A stretch of DNA of 60,161 nucleotides, filler included, from 7 parts of 7 records of this genome joined end to end with filler, not necessarily neighbours in it; one strand, 5' to 3'. Shown: positions 1-11,290, counted from the first letter of the whole stretch. Translations and numbers: made by a program. The notes: generated by a model not told the origin, from the sequence alone.

Positions 1-707
1 ACCTGCTTCAACTTTACCAACAAGGTCAGCTCCAACGTCAGCAGCTTTTGTATAGATACCACCACCAACACGTGCAAATAATGCTTGTGTTGAAGCACCC
101 ATACCGAATGTTAACATAATTGTTGTGATCTCGCGAAGTTTAACTTGTTCTAAAGCTTCAGGTGTAAGGTTTGCACTTACTTTATGTACAAACTCTAACC
201 CAATAAAATGAACACCGTTCATCATGTTGGCCTCTGTAAATACAACACCGTTTAAGAACAAGAACCATAAAGCAATGTCTAGAAGTCCGAATCCAACAAC
301 AATAAGTCCCATTACAGCACCACTACGGAATGCAACCTGTAAACCCTTGTTCAAAGAAGAACGGGCACCGTTAGCAGTACGAGCAGATGCAAAAGTTGCA
401 GTTTTCATTCCCAGGTAACCGCATAAACCAGAGAAGAACCCCCTGTTAAGAATGCGATAGGAACAAATGGATTTTGAACTCCGAAATAAGCAAGGATAAT
501 TAGAATTACTAAAAGAATTCCAAAAATCTTACCTACCACCGAATACTGACGATTCAGATAAGCCATAGCGCCTTCGCGTACAGCTTGTGCAATTTCTTTC
601 ATTTTGTCAGTTCCCTCTGAATTCTTCATCATATTTTTGAAGAATACATAAGCAAATATCAATGCTACCACAGCAGCAATTGGAATTACCCAAAATATAG
701 ATCCCAT
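1..707 (-). CDS. hppA: Membrane-bound Na+/H+-translocating pyrophosphatase, N-terminal part (runs off window; apparent 1-nt frameshift at ~439-443)
   Basis: ORF 405..707 gives the typical N-terminus ([20 protein letters not shown]). Adding one base at the C5 run continues into [15 protein letters not shown]...[22 protein letters not shown], the membrane-PPase signature, ending at base 1. Confidence 0.93.
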
Positions 708-840
708 AAATTATAATTTATTGATTTAACATTAGTTATTAGAATGAATTCTGAATTAGGCAAGAGGATTTTAGTGTTGATTTTGAAACAGTATATGTAT
801 TCTATCTTTAACACCAAATCCTTGATTTTTAAATGAGGAG

Positions 841-848
841 CAAATATA
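841..848 (-). promoter_or_regulatory. Bacteroidota -7 promoter element (TAnnTTTG) for hppA
   Basis: Reverse strand reads TATATTTG about 135 nt upstream of the hppA ATG. Confidence 0.5.
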
Positions 849-1068
849 TATAAAAATCCAAGCCCAGATACTTCATCAAATAATACTTTGATTTTTAGCA
901 TAACGGATAAAACATTGTGTATTGGTTGGTTCGTGGTTCATTTAATTTAAAATCAGTTATTTATTTGAGAGATTTTTATTATTTAGGTTGATTCTAAATT
1001 TCATGATATATATCAATGTTCATTTTTTCATCACAGTTTAAGAGTATTTTGTCATTTTTGCAATTGAT

Positions 1069-2121
1069 ATGGAACAAATAACAGTTAGGGATAATATTTA
1101 TATGCAGCGATGCCTCGATTTGGCAAAAATGGGAATGGGGCATACCCTGTCGAATCCCATGGTGGGTTCAGTAATTGTGTATAACGATACAATTATAGGC
1201 GAAGGGTATCATCAAGAGTTTGGAAAACCGCATGCAGAGGTAAATGCAATAAACTCGGTTAAAGAAAAACAGTTATTGGGGAAAGCAACCATTTATGTAA
1301 ACCTCGAGCCTTGTTCACACCATGGCAAAACTCCACCTTGTTCTGATTTGATAATAAAAAATAAAATCCCCAGGGTTGTTATCGGAGCATCGGATACCAA
1401 TGAGAAGGTGGGAGAAAAAGGGATTGAAAGGCTCAGAAATGCCGGTGTTGAAGTTAAAGTAGGCGTTATTGAAAAGGAATGTCGCGATTTAAATAGACGA
1501 TTTTATACATTTCATGAACAACAACGGCCTTACGTTATATTAAAGTGGGCACAAACAGCAGATGGATTTATTGATAAGAAAAGAGATCCTGAGGAAAAGG
1601 CACATGTAAACTGGATAACTTCTAAGTATTCCCGGATGTTGGTGCATAAATGGAGAAGTGAGGAGATGGGAATTATGGTTGGGAAGAACACCATTATTAA
1701 AGATAATCCGAGTTTAACCGTTCGTGATTGGCAGGGAAATCAACCAACAAAGGTTGTAATTGACAAAAACCTTGAGTTAAGCAAAGATTTGGCTGTTTTT
1801 TCAGGTCCTGCAAAGATTTTAGTTTTTAATTACCAAAAAGATGAGACTATAAATAATACGGAGTACATAAAATTAGAATCCCGAAAAATTAATCTTAAAG
1901 AAGTATTAGAAATTCTGCACAAAAAAGGAATTGTTTCTCTTTTCGTTGAAGGAGGAGCAAAACTAATACAATCGTTTATCGACAATGAACTCTGGGATGA
2001 GGCCCGGGTATTTGTTGGAGATAAAAATTTTGTTGAGGGGGTAAAGGCTCCTATAATTAAAAATGAATCGTTAATTCAAACTAAAATAGGTAGAGACAAG
2101 TTATTCATATACCGAAAATAA
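1069..2121 (+). CDS. ribD: Bifunctional riboflavin biosynthesis deaminase/reductase
   Basis: HAEVNA and PCSHHGKTPPC zinc-deaminase motifs; KWAQTADG and VEGGA reductase motifs. Confidence 0.96.
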   Translation: MEQITVRDNIYMQRCLDLAKMGMGHTLSNPMVGSVIVYNDTIIGEGYHQEFGKPHAEVNAINSVKEKQLLGKATIYVNLEPCSHHGKTPPCSDLIIKNKIPRVVIGASDTNEKVGEKGIERLRNAGVEVKVGVIEKECRDLNRRFYTFHEQQRPYVILKWAQTADGFIDKKRDPEEKAHVNWITSKYSRMLVHKWRSEEMGIMVGKNTIIKDNPSLTVRDWQGNQPTKVVIDKNLELSKDLAVFSGPAKILVFNYQKDETINNTEYIKLESRKINLKEVLEILHKKGIVSLFVEGGAKLIQSFIDNELWDEARVFVGDKNFVEGVKAPIIKNESLIQTKIGRDKLFIYRK

Positions 2122-2162
2122 ATAATTTGTTAATCAATAATGGCTTGGCTGACATTAATTAT

Positions 2163-2170
2163 TATTTTTG
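2163..2170 (+). promoter_or_regulatory. Bacteroidota -7 promoter element
   Basis: TATTTTTG about 48 nt upstream of ATG 2218. Confidence 0.45.
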
Positions 2171-2217
2171 CGGCATTAATCTTGTGAGTGTAAATACAAG
2201 AAGGTCAATACGGTTAA

Positions 2218-4569
2218 ATGAAGTTCGTCCACTACATATTATATTTTGCATTATTATTTGCACCTGCTTTACTGTATGCGCAAAATCCAAAGAAATTTTA
2301 CAAAACGGCTGAAGAATTTATTGAAAATAAGCGCTATAACGATGCTATTGATCTTTTAACTAAAGCAATAGACCTAGAGCCAAACTACGAAGAGGCTTAT
2401 TTATTAAGAGCTAGTACCTACGAAATAATTGGAAATTATTCAAATGCGGTTGAAGATTACAAGCGTGCATCCGTTTTTCTGGAGAAAGAAACAGATGTTT
2501 TTTACAAAGCCGCAAGAGCTTATTATCACCTAAATCAGTATGAGAATGCACTGAATATGCTCAATACAGCTCTGGATCTTAAGAGAGGCAATCTTGAGGC
2601 CTTGCAATTAAAGGTCTTAACACTTATTGCATTAGAGGATTATTTTAAAGCCTTACAAGCAGCAGAATATGCTGTAAAAGAGAAGTCAAGTGCAGAAAAT
2701 TTCTATTATCAGGGATTGGTCTCGGAGAAGTTGAAAAATAATCTTGGAGCCGAAAACGATTATGAAAGGGCACTTAAGAAAGATAAGGATTATTTGCCAG
2801 CCTATATTGCTATAGCAGAGCTGGCATTAAAAGAGGGCAATATAGAAAAAGCAAGTAGCAATATAAAAGAGGCGTTACTGAGAGAACCAAAAAATGTTGA
2901 AGCAATTCTCGTTAGAAGTAAAATTTACAAAGCCAAAAAGGATTATGGCAAAGCAATAGGTGATATCTCGGAGGCAATTTTAATCGAATCGAAAAATTCT
3001 GCATTATATTTTTTACGGGGCAATTTATACAGCGATTTAAAACAATACCAAAATGCAATCTACGATTATTCGCAGGTAATCGAATTAAATAAAAATAATG
3101 TTGATGCTTATTATCAAAGGGCAAAATCGAATGAAAAAATCAAAAATAAAGATGCAGCCATAGATGATTATAAAGCGTTGATTCAACTCACAGAAGATGA
3201 TGATAGTAAAAAAGCAATATTCCTGGAAGCAGAGAATAAACTTTTTGAATTGATGAGAGAAAATAACAATCCGGAATTAATTCTAATTGAACCAATATTT
3301 ACAAACGGGTCGATAGATATTCCACAAAAATCAATCACCATAAAGATAAAGGGCAGGTTATCAGACGAGAGTGAGATAAGTTTTCTAAAAATAAACGATA
3401 ACGATGTTACAATAATTGAAGATATAGAAGGATTGGGATTTGATTACGATTTGTACCTGGATGAGGAAAATACAATTTCGATTATTGTTGGCGATGTATA
3501 TAATAATATTTTGCACGAATCGTATCAAATTATCCGTACAGAGGTAATACCTCCGGTAATTAAATTAATGGCGCCATATGCTTCTGATAATAAAGATATA
3601 TACTTGCCCGATACAAGTTCAAATATTTATATCGAAGGACAAATTGAGGACGAAAGTATGATATCATCAATTGTAATTGAAGGTATAACAGCCAGTTATC
3701 GGTTAGATGAAATAAATCCAACATTTACTGCAACTATCAATATTGCCAACAAGAATAAGTTTAAGATTTCAGCAACTGATAAGTTTGGCAATGAGGTTGT
3801 TGATGTGTTTAGGTTAAGAAGAGAAGCAAATGAAATTTTAGCAAATAACCCGATGGGCAAAACATGGGTTGTTTTAATTGAAAATTCTGAATATCAAAAT
3901 TACCCTAAATATGAAAAGGCATCTAACGAGATTATGCTTCTCGAAAATGCTCTCTCAAATTATTCTATTCATAATTTTTTGCATAAAAAAGATTTACGCA
4001 AACAAGAGCTAGAACGCTTTTTTGCAATCGAATTAAGAGATTTGATTCGAAGTAATAAAGTAAATTCGTTACTCATATTTTATGCGGGAAAAAGTGAGTA
4101 TTCAAACGGGCAAGGATATTGGTACCCTTGGGATGCCAAGCCTGGTGAAAGTTATTCCTATTTTAATATAAATGCATTAAAAGCATCATTGCAAGGATAT
4201 ACGAAATACTTGACACATACCCTTGTTATCCCGGATGCTTGCGAACCAGGCACTCAATTTTTTACATACGATGAGGGTAATATTCAATCATCTCTCAGTT
4301 GCGACGACTCTGAGGTGGTAAAACAAAAATCTTCACAAGTATTCGGATTAACAACAAAAGACATTCTTGATGAAGATAAAAGTTTTGCACAAATGCTATC
4401 CGATATTTTGAACTCGAATACCAGCGGGTGTATGTCTGTTGAAGAGATGTACCAAAAGGTTCTTGAACAGTTGGGAAATGAAAATGCCGGATATTTAGTA
4501 TTAGGTTCTGTAAACGGATTTGAGAATCAAAACGGAACATTTTTCTTTATGTCGAGAAACCTCCAATAA
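2218..4569 (+). CDS. Exported TPR-repeat protein with two Ig-like repeats and a C-terminal caspase-like (peptidase C14-like) domain
   Basis: Signal peptide; about 9 TPR-like repeats; two repeats of P.I.L..P...I.G...DES.I....I; C-terminal TWVVLIENSEY, LLIFYAGK, GYWYPWDA and LVIPDACE. Confidence 0.8.
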   Translation: MKFVHYILYFALLFAPALLYAQNPKKFYKTAEEFIENKRYNDAIDLLTKAIDLEPNYEEAYLLRASTYEIIGNYSNAVEDYKRASVFLEKETDVFYKAARAYYHLNQYENALNMLNTALDLKRGNLEALQLKVLTLIALEDYFKALQAAEYAVKEKSSAENFYYQGLVSEKLKNNLGAENDYERALKKDKDYLPAYIAIAELALKEGNIEKASSNIKEALLREPKNVEAILVRSKIYKAKKDYGKAIGDISEAILIESKNSALYFLRGNLYSDLKQYQNAIYDYSQVIELNKNNVDAYYQRAKSNEKIKNKDAAIDDYKALIQLTEDDDSKKAIFLEAENKLFELMRENNNPELILIEPIFTNGSIDIPQKSITIKIKGRLSDESEISFLKINDNDVTIIEDIEGLGFDYDLYLDEENTISIIVGDVYNNILHESYQIIRTEVIPPVIKLMAPYASDNKDIYLPDTSSNIYIEGQIEDESMISSIVIEGITASYRLDEINPTFTATINIANKNKFKISATDKFGNEVVDVFRLRREANEILANNPMGKTWVVLIENSEYQNYPKYEKASNEIMLLENALSNYSIHNFLHKKDLRKQELERFFAIELRDLIRSNKVNSLLIFYAGKSEYSNGQGYWYPWDAKPGESYSYFNINALKASLQGYTKYLTHTLVIPDACEPGTQFFTYDEGNIQSSLSCDDSEVVKQKSSQVFGLTTKDILDEDKSFAQMLSDILNSNTSGCMSVEEMYQKVLEQLGNENAGYLVLGSVNGFENQNGTFFFMSRNLQ

Positions 4570-4680
4570 ATTGTCTTTTAGTATCACTTACTTGGTGATG
4601 TATAATTAATGTTAGTCTGCTAACGTGGGGTTTTAACAAAATTATGTATATTTAGCACTCAGCTATTTAACATTAACAGA

Positions 4681-5860
4681 TTGAAATCGATAAATTTTCA
4701 TAAAGGCTATGTCTTTATAATTTTTAATTTTTGTATACTAACTAATTCAATTGCTGTTGCGGGTGTCCATAAGTTATCTTTTAAACAACTCACAATAGAT
4801 GAGGGATTGTCTGGTAATACGGTGAATTGTATTACAAAAGATTCGGAAGGCCTAATATGGATTGGTACCGATTACGGTCTCAATTGTTACGATGGTTATT
4901 CGTTTAAAATTTACCTGAACGACCCAACAGATAAAACAAGTATCAGCGATAATGTTGTTACCGAGATATACGAAGATAAAACCGGGATATTATGGGTAGG
5001 AGTTTATGGGGGCATCAATATTTTTGATAAATACACCCGCGAATTCAACAATTTTGCGCTGTCCATAAAAACCAGGAAGGGTGATTTTATTGCGAGGTAT
5101 ATCAATACCATAACCGAAGACCCGAATGGAAATATTTGGGTATGTACCGAAATAGGACTTTTTATAATCAATCCTTTAACCATGCAATATGAATATTTTG
5201 GTATAGACAATACCAATATAAAGTCAAACTATTTCAATTATCTGTGCTTTGGTAAATCGCAAAACTATATCTTCAACTCAAAGGCAATTTATACACTTAT
5301 ACCTGAAAAGAAAATTTTTAAGGAGCTGATATCCGTTAACACCAACATTAGTTCTATGATAACGTTTGGGGACAGCTTATGGATTACGACCAATAATGAA
5401 GGTGTGTTAACATATAAAATTGATGGTGTATCCCTCAAAAAGGCTGTAAGCAACCACAAAATAAATATCCCTGCCGTGAAATGTTGCTCCAATGATGATG
5501 GCTTGATGTATTTTGCGTCCTTAACAGAAATTATTGCTTATCATCCTTTAAAAAATGAGGTTTCCAGGCAAAGCATCGAGAAAGAAGATCGAATTAACTT
5601 GGATAAGATTAATTCATTTTATCTTGACAATCAGGGAATATTGTGGATTGGCAAAAAAGGGGAGGGGCTCCTTTATACGAGTCCGTATCTTAAAAAGATT
5701 GAGCATTATACATTAAATGATAAAACAGAATTTGACTTTGTTACCGCTTTTGCCGAAGATACACGATCTAATTTATGGGTAGGGGAATGGGATAATGGTA
5801 TTACAAATTTTAACCATGCAAACAATACGAAAATCAATTATAAAAATATACCGGGAGTAC
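4681..5860 (+). CDS. Two-component-regulator beta-propeller (Reg_prop) sensor domain, probably a hybrid two-component system; truncated at contig end
   Basis: FKQLTIDEGLSGNTVNCITKDSEGLIWIGTDYGLNCYDGY and repeated D..G.LW.G blades. Confidence 0.85.
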
Positions 5861-5960
5861 NNNNNNNNNNNNNNNNNNNNNNNNNNNNNNNNNNNNNNNN
5901 NNNNTTAATTAATTAANNNNNNNNNNNNNNNNNNNNNNNNNNNNNNNNNNNNNNNNNNNN
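5861..5960. other. Artificial contig spacer
   Basis: N44-TTAATTAATTAA-N44; gene style and base composition change across it. Confidence 0.98.
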
Positions 5961-6103
5961 AAAAATCGTACGAAATCATTATTTGTCACCTTTATATAAA
6001 TATTAAAGGTATAAGAACCTTTTTAAGCATATCAAACAGTAAAAATTATATTCCTATTAATCTTCGATGTCAAACCTTTATTAACATTTTGTAAAAGTTT
6101 ATA

Positions 6104-7765
6104 CTATTTTGAAGGATAAATATTGACACCCTTATCAAAGTTTGTATAATCAAAAATTAAAATTGTCTCTTTTTCTAATATTTTATCAGATTCAATAAAG
6201 CTTATGATATCAATATTAAACCTAACAGGCATGATTGATCTTAAAGAATTATTTTTCTTTAAAAATTTATAGTTTTTTGCAAAATCTAATCTTTGCTCAG
6301 AAAACAAATCGCTAATCAATTTAGGTCTTTTTCTTTTATTGAGCATATCGTAAATAATAAAATCGTTTGAAAATTCTATTTTATTAAAGCAATCATTAAG
6401 TATCATCGCTAAATCGCGCTCTGCTAGCTTTTTAACATCTATCTTATTTGTTTTTATATAGTTATTTAAGTCTTCAAACATTGCAAATGCACTATTGTAT
6501 TTATGTGCTAAAAACTTTATTGTAGTTGAGTAAAGCTCAGAATTATAAAAACGCTTTAATAAATATTCAATTTCTTCTAGTAATTTCACTTCATCCTTCG
6601 AAATAAAACTAGTCTCAATAAACTCATAAGGGGCTTTATCTTCATATATTATTCCATATTTTTCAGCCTGCTTTCTTAGTTCGCAGCCCTTTAACAGTTT
6701 TAAAAAGCCAAGCTGAACGTTATGAGCATTCAGTAAAAAAACATCATCAAATGATTTAGAAAACTCCTTTATCCCTTCATAGGGTAGACCAGCAATTAAA
6801 TCTACGTGCACATGAATATTATTTACAGATGAAAGCTTTTTAATATTTTGTTTAAATTCAGAAAAGTTTTCATGTCTATTTATTGCTTTAAGTGTTTTAT
6901 TATTTGTTGATTGAATTCCAATCTCTACTTGAATAATGCCTTTATTTATTTTGCCGAGTAAATTTAACAAATCTTTATCCAAAAGAGAAGGCGAGAGTTC
7001 TAAATGAAAACAGGTATTTTGGCTATTTTCTGCTATGAAATTTATAATATCAATTGCGCGTTTTTTATTTGCGTTAAAAGTTCTATCTACAAATTTAACA
7101 ATTTTAGTCCCGTTATCAATAAATTCTTTTAAATCACGTTTTACAATTTTGATGTTTTTTTCGTAATATTTTGTAGCAATACTGGATAAACAAAATGCAC
7201 ATTTAAACGGGCAACCTCTTGAGCTTTCATAATAAACAACTCGGTTTTTAAGCTTGTCCAAATTATCATAAGGAAAAGGCGCCGTTAAGAATGTATCATC
7301 AATTTCGATTTGATTTTCATGAACCCTATTTTCTTTAAGGTATACCAAACTGCTACAGTGCTCAATACCTATGTCATCATTAATAAACAAGGAAAAATCA
7401 TTTATTGCTTTTTCTCCGTCGCCTCTTATTATATAGTCTATAAAGGTATTTTGATGTAAAAGATCGTCATACTCAAAACTAACTTCTGGTCCACCAAGAA
7501 GAATAGTGCTATTATTTTTTTCCCTTTTGATGATATCAGCAATATTTAAAACCAAATTTATATTCCAAATATAACAGCTAAAACAATAAATATCATTTTC
7601 CTTTGATAGAATATCGCTAACAATAGTTTCAATATCATTATTTATTGTATATTCAACAAAGCAACTTTTATGATGAATGCTGTCAAGCGCATGTTTTAAG
7701 TTTCTTACTGCCAAGTTTGTATGAGGGTATTTTGCATTTATCGCAATTAATAAAATTTCTTTCAA
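6104..7765 (-). CDS. B12-binding radical SAM protein (DUF4080-type C-terminus)
   Basis: N-terminal cobalamin-binding region (FSCYIWN, LGGPEVS), CxxxCxxC motif GCPFKCAFC, HVDLIAGLPYE. Confidence 0.88.
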   Translation of the reverse strand: MKEILLIAINAKYPHTNLAVRNLKHALDSIHHKSCFVEYTINNDIETIVSDILSKENDIYCFSCYIWNINLVLNIADIIKREKNNSTILLGGPEVSFEYDDLLHQNTFIDYIIRGDGEKAINDFSLFINDDIGIEHCSSLVYLKENRVHENQIEIDDTFLTAPFPYDNLDKLKNRVVYYESSRGCPFKCAFCLSSIATKYYEKNIKIVKRDLKEFIDNGTKIVKFVDRTFNANKKRAIDIINFIAENSQNTCFHLELSPSLLDKDLLNLLGKINKGIIQVEIGIQSTNNKTLKAINRHENFSEFKQNIKKLSSVNNIHVHVDLIAGLPYEGIKEFSKSFDDVFLLNAHNVQLGFLKLLKGCELRKQAEKYGIIYEDKAPYEFIETSFISKDEVKLLEEIEYLLKRFYNSELYSTTIKFLAHKYNSAFAMFEDLNNYIKTNKIDVKKLAERDLAMILNDCFNKIEFSNDFIIYDMLNKRKRPKLISDLFSEQRLDFAKNYKFLKKNNSLRSIMPVRFNIDIISFIESDKILEKETILIFDYTNFDKGVNIYPSK

Positions 7766-7769
7766 TCGA

Positions 7770-8321
7770 TTATATCTCTTCTCTCTTTGGTAATATTAGT
7801 TTCATAGATGGATAGATATTTTCAAAAACTTCTATAGAGTTTATTTTTGCAACCTCTTTATAATCCAATCCAAAATTATCAGCTATGTCTTTTAGTGTTT
7901 CTCTTGGTAATACATTATATATCATAGTTTCAAATTCAAAAACAGGGATTTTAATAATTACACCATATTCAATGTCCTTAGGTGATTTTAATTTGTTTAA
8001 TCTAATCACGACGCTTTCTGTTATGCCATATTTATCTGTAATATCAAATAGTGTTTCGTTCTTTTGAATTTTATGTTCGGCATATTTAATGTTGTAGCTT
8101 TCTGTATGGTCATAATTAGTGACTAGTTTATCCATTATACAAGTATTTTCTCTTTCGCAATAACACGGATATGGTATTTTGATTTTATCTTCATTATAAA
8201 AGAAATATTCGCTAGTAACATTGTTGGCATTTAAAATCATGCATACAGGAACGCTATATTTTTTACTTAAGTATTCAAGGCTTTGGTTATTATATTTTTC
8301 ATATTTATAAAAATGCTTCAT
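7770..8321 (-). CDS. LysM-repeat peptidoglycan-binding protein
   Basis: Three LysM-like units (e.g. HKIQKNETLFDITDKYGI, YNVLPRETLKDIADNFGL...LILP). Confidence 0.8.
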   Translation of the reverse strand: MKHFYKYEKYNNQSLEYLSKKYSVPVCMILNANNVTSEYFFYNEDKIKIPYPCYCERENTCIMDKLVTNYDHTESYNIKYAEHKIQKNETLFDITDKYGITESVVIRLNKLKSPKDIEYGVIIKIPVFEFETMIYNVLPRETLKDIADNFGLDYKEVAKINSIEVFENIYPSMKLILPKREEI

Positions 8322-8340
8322 ACTACATATCTATGAAAAG

Positions 8341-10806
8341 TTATAGATTAGAATGAATTATATAATGCTGTTTAGGCAATAGTTTTATAAACCTTGATGA
8401 TTCATTGTTTCTATCTAAATCACCTTCTTTACAAAGCGTAATAAATAGGTTAGTGCTTGCTCTTGTCATAGCAACATAAAACAACCGAGCTTCCTCGTCT
8501 ATATTATCGTATTTAATATTTAAAGAAGAAGGAAAACTACCTTCAACTGCATTTACAATTATTACAACTTTAAATTGCAATCCTTTAGACTGATGAACTG
8601 TTAGAACAGATACTTTATTTTCCGAAGATAGTGCACGTTCAATCGAATTTGAAAGTGTCAGAGTATTTAAAATATTGATATGGCTTTGTTCGTCATCTAG
8701 TGATTTATCATCAAGAGATTTGAAAATTTCTTTTAGTTCATATAAGTTATTTAACTTTTGCTTTGAATTTTCAAATTTATCTTCAATTTTTAAAAAGTCA
8801 TACGATAAAACTAAACGCTCAAAAGGTCTTTTACTTTCAAAATCATCTAATAATTTTTCAAAAGACTTAGAAAAATTAGAGAATTTAGTTCTATGTTTAC
8901 TATAAAATTCTATCCGCTCATCCTTTTTACTTATAAATTCATTAAAACAATAGCGAGCAAGATCACATGTCGCCTTAACATCATCCATAGCATGATGTGT
9001 TGGTATAGAATCTACACCAATATATTCTATTAGAGTGGAGAGCTTATAGTTATTAACATTTTTAATTATTCTCTTACTAGCTGTCAAAGTATCAAAAAAC
9101 AAAGGATCAATATGTTGATCAATATCAAGCCTTTTAAGTTGTGATTTTAATATTGAAATATCATATATTACGTTATGTCCACAAAGAATATTGTCATCGC
9201 AAAAGTCTAAAAATTCTGATAAAGCATTGATAGGATCCGCGCCATTATTTTTTAAAAACTCGTCCGTATACCCATGTACAGCACTTGATGAACCTACAGA
9301 TTTATTTGGAGTAATTAATCTATAAAACTCCTCAGAAATTCCGTCCACACCAAACTTAACACCAGCAATCTCTATAATTTCATCATTATATACGTCAAGC
9401 CCTGTGCTTTCTACATCAAAAACAACAATTTGATTGTTATTATATTTCTGTATCAAATTTTCTAATAGATCATCATCAGATGTATGCGAGCTTGTAATAC
9501 AATCTTTAAGGCTTGCACAACATTTATTTGATGAAATGCTGTTAATTGTAGTAGCCCCAATATTTTTTGCATACTTTAGCAATATTCGTTTAGCACACGC
9601 TATATCACTTTTATTTTGACAAAGCTTTAATAAGCTTAGAACATCTTTAATTTCTTCTCTTCTAAAGAAATTATATTCGTCAACTAAATAAGTAGGGATA
9701 TTGCTTTGAACAAGTGCGTTAGAGAAAAATTTGGCATCATTGTTGGTTCGCGTAAGGATAGCAACATCACTATAATCAAATTGGTCATTCATTTTTTTAA
9801 TAATACTGCTAATTTGTTTTGTTTCACTAGCTCTGTTTTGCAAAAAACAAATATGTACTTTGTCACCTGTTTTATTTTCTGTAACTGTAGAACAATAATC
9901 TTGTGATTCATTTGGTTTTATACTGCTGTAGTAATTTTTCAAAAATTCACTAGCACAATCATTTATATTTTTAGTAGACCTAAAATTCTCAACTAAACTA
10001 TGCTTTACAACATTAAAGCTTGCTTTAAAACGATCTACAATCTCATACGGTCTAGAATCTCTCCATTCATAAATTGTCTGGTTAACATCTCCAAACAAAG
10101 AAAAGTTTTGGTTTTCAAGCGCTAATTCCTCAATAATTTCATATTCTACAATGCTAGTATCCTGCATTTCATCAACCTGAATAAAATCATAAAGCTTTTT
10201 CCAAACAGAAGAATTAGAATTGTTTTTTATAAAATCATATACAATAGTTACAAGGCTAGTGAAATCTAAGGAATTTGATTCGCTAAGTATTCTCTCGTAT
10301 TCACTAAAGAATATTGAAAATTCAAATTGGAATCTGTTTTTGAATCTTTCAGTTATATCTTGATATGAGTTGTTATCAACTAAAATACTATATCTATATT
10401 CATCTAAATGTGTAGCTGCAGCCTTAATATCATGAAACGAAAACTTTTTTCCGTGCTTTTTTAATATGCCGCTTATTATCTCCGAAGCATCTTGTTCGTC
10501 TAAGATTGTATAATGATAGGGTAAGCCCAGAGTATCACATTCACACCTTAAAACATAATTACAAAAAGCATGAAAAGTATACACATTTACACACGAATCT
10601 GTTTTCAACTGCTCAAATCTTTTTTTCATACTATTTGCCGCTCTATTCGTAAAGGTTAAGCAGAGAATATTTTTCTTACCATTATTTACTGCAAATTGTG
10701 CCCTTCTTGCCATAACTTCGGTTTTACCAGATCCAGCTGGGGCAGTGACCAAAAGACAATTATCAATATCATTAACTACTTTTTGTTGTTCGCTTGTAAG
10801 TATCAT
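8341..10806 (-). CDS. UvrD/PcrA-family helicase with inserted DnaQ-like DEDDh 3'-5' exonuclease
   Basis: Walker A APAGSGKT, TFTNRAA, VDEMQD, GDVNQTIY, TVHQSKGLQF, YVAMTRA; internal VFDVESTG, GHNVIYD and HHAMDD exonuclease motifs. Confidence 0.9.
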   Translation of the reverse strand: MILTSEQQKVVNDIDNCLLVTAPAGSGKTEVMARRAQFAVNNGKKNILCLTFTNRAANSMKKRFEQLKTDSCVNVYTFHAFCNYVLRCECDTLGLPYHYTILDEQDASEIISGILKKHGKKFSFHDIKAAATHLDEYRYSILVDNNSYQDITERFKNRFQFEFSIFFSEYERILSESNSLDFTSLVTIVYDFIKNNSNSSVWKKLYDFIQVDEMQDTSIVEYEIIEELALENQNFSLFGDVNQTIYEWRDSRPYEIVDRFKASFNVVKHSLVENFRSTKNINDCASEFLKNYYSSIKPNESQDYCSTVTENKTGDKVHICFLQNRASETKQISSIIKKMNDQFDYSDVAILTRTNNDAKFFSNALVQSNIPTYLVDEYNFFRREEIKDVLSLLKLCQNKSDIACAKRILLKYAKNIGATTINSISSNKCCASLKDCITSSHTSDDDLLENLIQKYNNNQIVVFDVESTGLDVYNDEIIEIAGVKFGVDGISEEFYRLITPNKSVGSSSAVHGYTDEFLKNNGADPINALSEFLDFCDDNILCGHNVIYDISILKSQLKRLDIDQHIDPLFFDTLTASKRIIKNVNNYKLSTLIEYIGVDSIPTHHAMDDVKATCDLARYCFNEFISKKDERIEFYSKHRTKFSNFSKSFEKLLDDFESKRPFERLVLSYDFLKIEDKFENSKQKLNNLYELKEIFKSLDDKSLDDEQSHINILNTLTLSNSIERALSSENKVSVLTVHQSKGLQFKVVIIVNAVEGSFPSSLNIKYDNIDEEARLFYVAMTRASTNLFITLCKEGDLDRNNESSRFIKLLPKQHYIIHSNL

Positions 10807-10882
10807 ATATATCCTTAATTTAATTATTATTAGTTATTATACCAACAATATACAAACAATCAAATTAAGTTTAGAAAATAGT

Positions 10883-11190
10883 TTAAAAAATATTTTCGAA
10901 AGAAAAAGAATCGATATCTACAATATGATTAAATAAGTATTTTAAAACTGCCGTCTGCGTTTTTGAAAATTTATTTTTGTTTTCAATTAAAGCTCCTAGC
11001 CTTTCGAAATAGGAATGTATTATATCTATGTCTTCATGTTCACATAAAAGCTCGTATGTATCTTTTTTCTTATTCCACAAATTATAGGAATGAGTATAAG
11101 CTATATTTGCATTTATATAATCATCTTTATCAATATAGCTTTCTATCATATTAAGTTGAGCTTCAAATATTTCAGCATTTTTTTCAAAAA
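10883..11190 (-). CDS. DUF4363-like small helical protein, 5' truncated
   Basis: Frame is open to the contig edge; W...K....L.EHEDID.I pattern resembles clostridial DUF4363. Confidence 0.55.
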
Positions 11191-11290
11191 NNNNNNNNNN
11201 NNNNNNNNNNNNNNNNNNNNNNNNNNNNNNNNNNTTAATTAATTAANNNNNNNNNNNNNNNNNNNNNNNNNNNNNNNNNNNNNNNNNNNN
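11191..11290. other. Artificial contig spacer
   Basis: N44-TTAATTAATTAA-N44. Confidence 0.98.

Noticed and set aside
405-707. Stand-alone 100-aa membrane protein or true hppA pseudogene
   Set aside because: It is the hppA N-terminus; the conserved sequence continues without decay after a single slip in a C5 run.
707-1069. FMN riboswitch upstream of ribD
   Set aside because: The region is very AT-rich and lacks the conserved RFN sequence blocks.
5861-5960. Recurring TTAATTAATTAA as a biological repeat or CRISPR-like array
   Set aside because: Always centred in N runs of fixed length; it is a six-frame-stop assembly spacer. ORF ends reading X...LIN or X...N are artefacts.
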